A stretch of 47,736 nt of DNA, the filler included, from Streblomastix strix (lineage: Eukaryota), in NCBI GenBank assembly GCA_008636045.1. It is 2 parts of 2 records of this genome, joined end to end, with 100 filler letters (N's around TTAATTAATTAA, not from the genome) between each part and the next. Parts side by side here need not be neighbours in the genome. Positions count along the whole stretch, not along the records: positions 23,919 to 47,736 come from SNRW01000258.1; 1 more part is not named here. One strand, given 5' to 3'. Below, in pieces: positions 39,401-47,736 of the stretch. A program made the translations under genes and the position numbers. The notes beneath the pieces were generated by a model that saw only the letters and a list, made by a program, of their open reading frames with translations, searched no databases and was not told the origin of the DNA. Each line of letters begins with the position of its first letter. Within the stretch, counting starts at the first letter, position 1.

Positions 39401-42157
39401 ATGATTCATTAGAATATGATGGAGAGATTGAACGACGATTGTCTTATATTTATATTTAATTGGAATCAGACAATTGTAACTCCTACTATTCATATTATGG
39501 ATACATTGGATTAATGAGAAGTTAATATGATTGATTAATCTGTGGTTATTATTATTATTATTATTTATTTAATTACTATTCATTTAATTGTTGTACACGA
39601 CCTATAATTGGTTGGCGAGGAACACTTTGAAGAGGAGCTTCTATAATAGAAGAAGATTATTTATAAGATAATGATTAAGGTTAAATCAAAAATGCTGAAG
39701 TTTTATATTATTATGTTTAATTTATTGAAGATTTCAATTATTATTATATTTCATCTTCAGAATATTATTACTACTAAAATGGATTATAATTTGGTAATAT
39801 TGAAGGAGGAGGAGGAATACGAAATCTTGATAATGAAGGTTATTCTTTAATTTGTTATTATTGTATTTATTATTATTATTATAGAACTGACTAGATAAAA
39901 ATTCCTTGTGGAATACTCCATTAAAATTAATTTTTCTTTATGAAAATATAGAAGTAAAAATAGATAAAAAGATAATTAAATAAAATATCAAAGTTAAAAT
40001 AAAGTATTCAAATAAATTCTAATATTTATATACCGCTTATTTTCTTTCTATTTCTTCAACTTCCATATCTTTTTATTTAAAATCTTTTTCTTTTTCTTAT
40101 TATTCTTCTTATTCTTCTTCTTATCTTTCTCTGTCTCCTTCTTATTTCATTTGTATTTATCTGTTTCTATACCAAATTTATTGGATATTTTATTGTTACT
40201 ATTATCTTTATTCTAAATTATATATGAATGTTAGCGGAGTTGGAACAACTATGCAGAATATAATGAGAATAGATTATATTGAAATGAAATAATAATAAAG
40301 ATAGATATAAATAATATATATATTATTAATATATATTATTATGTATTCAATACTTCCATTACAAATTTCATTCATTTCATCCTTTGTTAGAGGGCATCCA
40401 AAATATTATTAAGTTTGAGAAGAAGATTATTATTAGCCTTATTATTTTAGTGTGTAATCATTTGCTCTTTGATTTGCTTCCATGAATATTGGAAGTTGAA
40501 GAAGTTGAGATGCTGTCTGTTAGAAGATAAATAAATATGGGGAAATAAAATAAGATTAGTAAGATTAATAAAAAGTAAGTTAAAAGAGCAAATATAACAA
40601 TAATATTAATATTAATATTAGTTTACCATTTTCTTATCATCTTCATCAACCAATAATTCATTTATCAATTATTAGCATTTTTCAGTTATATTCTATATTC
40701 TTTAAATTTATTTAAGCTAAAATTAATTGATATATTCATTTCTATTTAGAGAAGTAAATGGATGACTATTATTAAGAATGATTAAATATATAAAAAGAAA
40801 ATAATTAAAAGTTAAATGTAATGAAAAATAAAATAACAAGATTTAATAATACAAACCTTCCACTGAGCATTTCACGCATAATAACTCCAACAGAATATAA
40901 ATCGTATTACCAATTTGATTAAACAGTGTTTATTTATTATTGGGTTATAAGACTTGGATGCTTATTTTATATATTTAATTGATATAATATTATATTAATG
41001 CATTAAAAATTATATTCATATTTCCTTCTCAAACTGCATAAAATAGTTTCCTAAGAATATAAAATATAATATAACAAATATTTAATATTTAATATTTCTC
41101 TTATTTAATATCTTCATCTTACTCTATTTATATACCCTTCTTCGCCAAGAGCACTTTCTATAGGAGAATTAAGAGTATTAGAATTCCTTGAGTAATAAGA
41201 ATTAAAATTAAATAAATATATAAAAAATAAAAGTAATAATACTTCAAATTCGAGAGCGCGACATTAAAATGTTAGTTTTATCCTTCTATTGACCTGAAAG
41301 TTACATACATAAAATAAAAAATAGAAATTAATATGAGTTATAAATAATATATATACTTGAATAATATGTGTTCAGGTGTAATATTTCCATGCATATAACC
41401 TTGAGAGTGAATATATGCACATGCCTATACTAATAACAAACAATCGTGAAAAAAGAAAAGAAATAAAATAAATTAAGAAAAATAAATTAAATTTCTGAAT
41501 TATTAATTTTAATTATTTCATACATATATTGAATATTATGATTTTAACAACATCTTCCCTGATTGGACGAGTTGGATGATTGTGAATAATTAAATCAAGA
41601 GACTTCAAATATCACAAAAATTATAATATTTCATAAGAAATGATAATAAGAATTAATAATATACTCCTTTATCATAGAATGTGTGCAGCAAGAAAATAGA
41701 AGTTGGAGTTTCAACCAATCGAGCAAGCTATACTATATTTGGACTGTAATAAAATATGAATATAAGTATGAATATATAAATAATAAGTATTTATACTGTG
41801 ATATGGAAGACAATGTACTCTCAAATTGGTTGTATCTATCCTTAGGTTCAATAATTCTTAGAGCGAAGTACCCTTGCCCACTAACTTCAACATGATATGT
41901 ACGACTATCAGTTCCTTTATTAAGTAAATATGAAGAATAATTTATATATTAAGAAATATTAAAATGTTCCTGTACCAAGTTTTCCAACAACCTATTGAAA
42001 TAGGAAAAATGTGAAGTTGAAATTTAATTGAAGAATAAGCAAAAAATAAATAAATAAATACCAAAATCTAGCATTCATTTATTGAAGCAACATGTTTATC
42101 ACTTGCAAAGTTTATTTGATCTAAAGAATTTGTTTGCGCATCAGCAATAACAGCCAT
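36433..42157 (-). CDS. Pseudokinase + Q/P/N-rich linker + ARM/HEAT-like C-terminal region, more than 20 exons
   Basis: Kinase fold with degenerate catalytic motifs: VVGKLGGTDSRTY, YFALRII, HPNIVQL, YIHSQGYMHGNITPEHILF, VALSNLR, YDLYSVGVIMREMLSGSHPF, MTASQLLQLPIF. Helical-repeat exons follow and the frame ends ...YSYDW*. Includes a 16-nt micro-exon at 41976-41991. Confidence 0.8.
39232..39396 (-). repeat. Coding tandem repeat, about 33 nt (PP(N/Y)N(N/Y)INQIQQ(Q)-like), about 5 units
   Basis: Repeated ...ATTAATTAGATCTAATAA...CCTCCT units inside the long exon of the pseudokinase gene. Confidence 0.8.
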
Positions 42158-42547
42158 TTCTCTGAAATAAAAATAAAAATTCTTTATAATGTGGTAAAAT
42201 TATATAAGAATAAGATCAGTTGAAATTCAATTTATTTGAATCAACATAAAATATCAATTTCATCAGGTTAAATCAATTTTGGAACAAAATTTTGGAAATT
42301 ATTGATTTTTAGCAAAAAATTTGTTACTTAAAAAGTTCAAGAAAATGTACAATTTAATTATTGTTTGTATGGACATATTCAATATAATTTGACTTACGTT
42401 CCTTCATTTTAACAACTCTATCTCACAATGTTGAATGAAATAATTTTTTTTAACAAAACGCAAACTGTTCGCTTGCTAATGTACAAATAGCATTTTTTAA
42501 TAAAATTATTTTATTTTTGTTTCAAATTAAATAATTATGTTTATCAG

Positions 42548-45500
42548 AGAATAAATTGTGCAGAAAGAAAAAAACTATTGCAATGATAAATAAAAACTTA
42601 CAACCACAAGCATCTGCATAAGTAAACAATATATGTCAAAAATTGTGAGAATAAACATCTTAGATGGAGTGTTAGATTGAATGAATTACTACTTGTTCAG
42701 TCTGGTGTGTTTTAAATATAACCATTTGAAGGTGTATTGAACAATGGTAATGAAGATGAAATGGTTATATCTTTCTTCCCATAAGAAGCAAGAGCATACA
42801 ATATGACAATACCATTATTTTTAGATGAAGATGAGATTGAATATATAACTGTAGAAATATCAGAATTATAAACACTCTCACTAAACAAACAACAAATCGT
42901 AGCTGATGTTGTATTCTAACCACGAAAAGCAGCATCATTCACAGCTTAGATAGTCTTCTATGATCAATTAGCTGTTCCATACATACTCCCAATAAATGCA
43001 ATAGCTGATAATTCAGTTCTTACAACAACTGGCTTCTTACTTGCAAATTGGAAGATCGGAAGAATATATTGTGAGAAGATTGATGGCATTCCAATGTTAA
43101 AAGATGACCAATAAGGAGTTGAACTCGATATTCAGGCTGAGAAATAAGCCATTTAAGCTGCTCTTGATTAAAATAAAGAGAAATAAGAGAATAAAGATGA
43201 TATGATGCCTGGAAGATTGAATAGTTTATAACATTTCTAATAGAAGAATGCTCCATCTAAATAAAGCCAACCCAAATTAGCACAGTAATAATTAGCATAA
43301 TAATAATAATAATAATAATAATAAGCATAAGGAAATCCATAAGGACTTGGAGGAGGATAATATGGAGTTAATTTCACAACAACTTTGCTTCCTTCATTTG
43401 GACAACCTAATTACCCATCTTCTTTAGGCAATATATTATTGAAATTTATGAATACAAACTTATTAACATCCTAGATTGTATCATGGCCTTATTCTGCTAT
43501 TGAACAATATGGAATACCAATATTTGAAGCAATTGAACATTTAATGAACATCTCAATACCTGTAAGAGCTACAATAGAATAAATACAAAATGTTTAATAA
43601 ACAACTTCAAATGCTTTGAGTCTAGTAAATAAATAGCATATTGATAGAAATACTTCCACTCCATATCTAAATTAGTTCAGCAGTTCTTCTTCATCATCAC
43701 TAAGTAGTTTAGAAGTTAATTTTAATTCTGGATGAGGAAGTGCAACAAGAAATAAAGCTAGTGCAAGACAAAGTAAAATATAATCAGCTTAATAATAGAG
43801 TACATTGCAGTCTAAGACTTCTAATGGTTTAGAAGGCTAAAATCCATCATTACTATCTGATGAATAAAATTCTCCTTCTAATATTGGTGTAATTGATCCA
43901 TTTAATGCAGGTTAAGTTATTAAGAAATCAAAAGGTATTAAAACACAACCAAAACCGCCTTTAGTTCTTCCATTACCAAATGTAGTATCCAAATTTGGAA
44001 GTGGAGGAATGAACTAATAATAATTATAATAATAGACTAAGAAACCAATAACGAATGTGAATACTTAAGGATCAGTATAATAATAACAATAGGGAATATA
44101 GAGCTCTAATCCATTAACACCAGTGACTCCATCAAGAGCTTCAATAACCAATTAATCAAATCGTGGATCACAATTATAATATATTAGTGAAGAAGATTAA
44201 AATGAAATAGATTAATATTGGAATAAGGAACCTGTTCATACTGAGAAGATATAGTTTATTTTGAGACATTACAATGCTGTATTAGACTTCATGAAAGAAT
44301 AAGGAGCTTTATTAGCTCCAATCAAAGCTGAATACTTACTATCACATTAAAATTATTCAAAATTTGCTGCTGATTGTCTCATTTCTTCTCCCTATTGTTT
44401 CCCATCACATCCATTCAGTGAAGCTTTATTTGCTATCCAAAGAGATAAGAAGATAAGATAAGTATTTGCTATACTATCATTCAATTCATGGACCCATCTA
44501 GTTCTATAGATCTGCAGATGCTTAATTTTCCCTAAGATTAACTTAAAAAGACTTAAATAAACACCTGGAATAACAGTATTGAATATTACTGGAGATGATG
44601 ATGCACATGATGGATAGGATGGTAAAGGTGGATAAGCTAGTACAAGAGCATCTTATAGTAAATAAATGCAGAAGTCACCAATACAAAGAGCATAAAGTGT
44701 TAGTCCATTCTCATAGAATAAATTGGGACCTTAATCACCTAATTAATAATAATAGGGATTCAATCCATTATAATCAGGTAGATAATCAAGTACTGGATTA
44801 GATGATTAATAAAAAGATTAATATTCATCTCAATCACTATAATCATAATCTGGATCTAGTATTGTAAGAGCTCAATCAACTGGTAATACTGGAAAATCAA
44901 TGAATTAATAATAATCGATTTCTCAATCTTAATAGTAATTGAATTTATAAATGAATTATGATTATCTATTTAGCTTGCGTACATTAACACATGCAAACTA
45001 ATCTAACATATATTCAGCACCTGAAGTTTACTTACTTAGATGACTATCATTACATGCATTCAAAGCTGGATTGAAAAGAACAAGACCTGTTCTTTCATTC
45101 AGTACAGATCTATCAGATGATACTGTTATCCTTGCTTGTATAAGATAGCATGCACCATTCCTAAATATAAAGATTAATGAACATCCATAAACTGAATAAT
45201 ATAGATTAAAGAATACATAATAATTATCCAAGCAACAAGATAATTAGGATTTGATTGTATTTTGAGTGAATAAAGAGTTAGTGCATCTAGATCCAAGAGC
45301 AATGTCACTATTCATTTATACTCTATTCTAAATGCTACCTTTCTGTCTGCCATAGACAGTTGTTGAAGTTCCAGCTTGTGTGGGTCATTTGTTCATGAAA
45401 TTCATTGAACTCTCAAATCCAACTAAGAAATCAAATCTTATTTATAATGCTAGAATAGAATCATTGAATACAATAGAAACTGATTTTCATCTCCAATAAA

Positions 45501-47704
45501 ATCAGATAATGAATGAACCTGGAAAAATGGCAGGATTACCAATTCTAACAAAGCCCAAATTCTAGAAGCAGTCAAATGCCATTCTACTTCTTGTTCCAAA
45601 GAATCAAACAGGATCTTTGGCTCCTCCTGTTGCATACAGACTCAAAACTCAAAGATTCCCACCTCAACCAATGGCTAAATATTAAGTAACTGCATAATTA
45701 TATGGAACATCATATTGTGAAGTGAAAGTAACTAATTTCTTTGAGAAAGATGCTTCAATAGGAGTTAAATTATAAATTATCAATGATTAAAGATGGAGTT
45801 GAGATTATTGTTGCTTCTGGAAATCCCAAAGACAAAGATGTAAAACAAAATAAGAGACCTTCAGTTAATAATTAAAAAGATAAAGAAAATGACTAATAAT
45901 CAAAATAATAAGAAATGCCTTAAGGATTTGTTCCATTCTTTGGTTAAAATCAAAGAAAAATTGATTCTGAAATATAAATAATGTTATAATCAAGAAGAGC
46001 GATCATTAATGCAATGAATATTGCTAATCAAATTAATGCTTCAGAAGCTGCAAATTAAGCGAATGCAAAAGATTAGAAATAATAATATGGAGCAAATTTA
46101 AAAAGTAGAAGATAATCATAAATGTAATCAAAACTACCATCTTCAAATGGATCACGTGCATCTACACCTACAGGAGGCAATAATCCACCACAAATACCAA
46201 ATTAAGGATCAAATTAAAATTCTCCTTAATAACTTTCTTAACAAAATACACTATAATAATCAGCTTCTAACCCATAAATAGGTACATTGAAAAGGCCTTC
46301 TCTTATGAATACTTAATCAGCATAATAATAACTGTAATAACAATTACTATAAGAATAATAAGCTGCTGCAGCTGCTGCTTAACTTCTTTTGTAACAACAG
46401 AACATACCATCTGGTCTAAATGTTGCAGATTGCGTTGAATTTTGTCCTTTTAGACTCAACACAACACAAATTAACTTAAATGCTGGGTCTTCAGGGACAA
46501 TTCAGGTCAGATTCACACCAATATCACTTGGTATATAAAAGGGAATATTACTATTCATTGATCCAGAATAAGGAGAATTTGCTATAGAAATAGAAGGAAT
46601 TGGAACTGTACCGCCAACATTGGACAATTTCTCAGTTTCATCAATGGCTGATTCTAATTATTCATTTGAGTTAGGTCTTCCAACTCGTAATAGATTTCTA
46701 GAAGCTCTTAGAAATGAGAATCCAGCTTTAGATAGAGCTATATCAAATACTGTCATACCGTCACAAACATAAATGCTATTATAGTAATAAAGTGGATATT
46801 AAATACAAAGCTAAGGATTATAATTATCAGCAAATACAACAACAGATCCAATGTATTATAAAGTAGAATGCATATCTCCTTATTTCATTGTTACTAAAGA
46901 CTTCACAATTACTCCAGATCTTTCATCATAATCTGATTAGAATAAGAAACTGAATCAAACACCTCAATAATCTCCTTAAATGTAGAATCCATTATCTGAT
47001 AAATATAAAAGTCAGAATTAAGCATCAAATTAATTGAAAAGCAAATTACCTACAGGTGGATAAGGAACGGGAAGAGATAATTAAAATAATTAAAATTAGT
47101 AACCATTGAATTCAGGGTTATATAATGGAACACCTGGAACTACTCGATTTCCTATTACTTTCTCTCCAAGGGTTTGATAGATCGAAAGAAAGATTGATTA
47201 GATGTAATTAATTTATTAACTAATTAATTTATTATTCTTTATTATTTCTTATTCAGGGACCTGGTGAATATAATGCAAGAATATTACTTAGATCGGCAAT
47301 AGATCTGAGAATATATGAAATTGGAGGAGTTGCTTTATAACCTAGATTAAAAGTGTGGATAAATAATTGATTAATTAATTTATTATTTATTAATAATAAT
47401 AATTTTATTTATTTAATTTTAATATTTATTTATATATTATTTAATATATATAATATAATATTGCAGGGTTCTTTGGAGATATCAACACCAGCTAGAAAAT
47501 CAATAAACCAGGAAATTCCAATTGCTAATAATATTATATAGGTATTTTCAAAATATGAAAAAAAAGAAGAAGAAATATAAAGAAATAATTTCAATTTCAT
47601 TATATTTGTATTATTATATATCTATTATTTATATTTATCTAATAAATAGGAATGGAGTATCCGTGTTTAAATGCGTAATTAATCAAAGAATTCAGGAACT
47701 CCAG
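42548..47704 (+). pseudogene. CFAP47: Disrupted, 5'-truncated CFAP47-like sequence (ASH/MSP-like domains + calponin-homology domain), continuing past the window end
   Basis: Motifs: FTAQIVFYD...YILPINAIADNSVLT; LDFMKEQGALLAPIKAEYLL; SFNSWTHLVLQICR; SNIYSAPEVYLLR*L; FSTDLSD; LFQMLP; IELSNPT; FIDPEQGEF; GEYNARILLRSAIDLRIYEI. Lesions: TGA at 43733 and 45041, paired frameshifts near 45223 and 45273, and a frameshift near 45780-45800. Confidence 0.78.
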
Positions 47705-47736
47705 GTTAGATTGATTGTGTATTCAAGCATCCTACT

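Noticed and set aside
41010..41053. Apparent in-frame TGA after KLFYAV in the pseudokinase
   Set aside because: It is removed by a normal GT-AG intron (GCA|GTTTGA...AAG|CAT) that restores the kinase frame.

Overview
This is very AT-rich, intron-dense eukaryotic (protist) nuclear DNA. It uses the UAR=Gln code: TAA and TAG are read as glutamine and TGA is the stop. The supplied standard-code ORF track is therefore mostly misleading, and the genes below were rebuilt by hand with that code and GT-AG introns. The code, intron style and expanded gene families point to an oxymonad such as Streblomastix (inference). The window is two contigs joined by an artificial spacer (44 N + TTAATTAATTAA + 44 N, 23819-23918). 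The left contig holds the end of a Vps15-like WD40 gene, GAS8/DRC4, a tandem duplication of an ARM/coiled-coil/SPRY-like gene, RLP7, GCP4, a SMYD methyltransferase, two members of a short multicopy family, and the 3' part of a CMGC-like kinase with a very large insert. The right contig holds the 5' part of WDR90, two more SPRY-like genes, a low-complexity ORF, a pseudokinase-ARM gene and a broken CFAP47 copy. Five things stand out. (1) Isolated in-frame TGA codons recur in otherwise open frames. (2) A multicopy-family gene is inserted into a duplicated RLP7 5' region. (3) A splice acceptor sits just before most start codons. (4) Two diverged paralogs share a 116-bp identical tract. (5) One intron appears to be AT-AG. 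Exon boundaries are hand-derived and protein identifications rest on remembered family motifs, not database searches.
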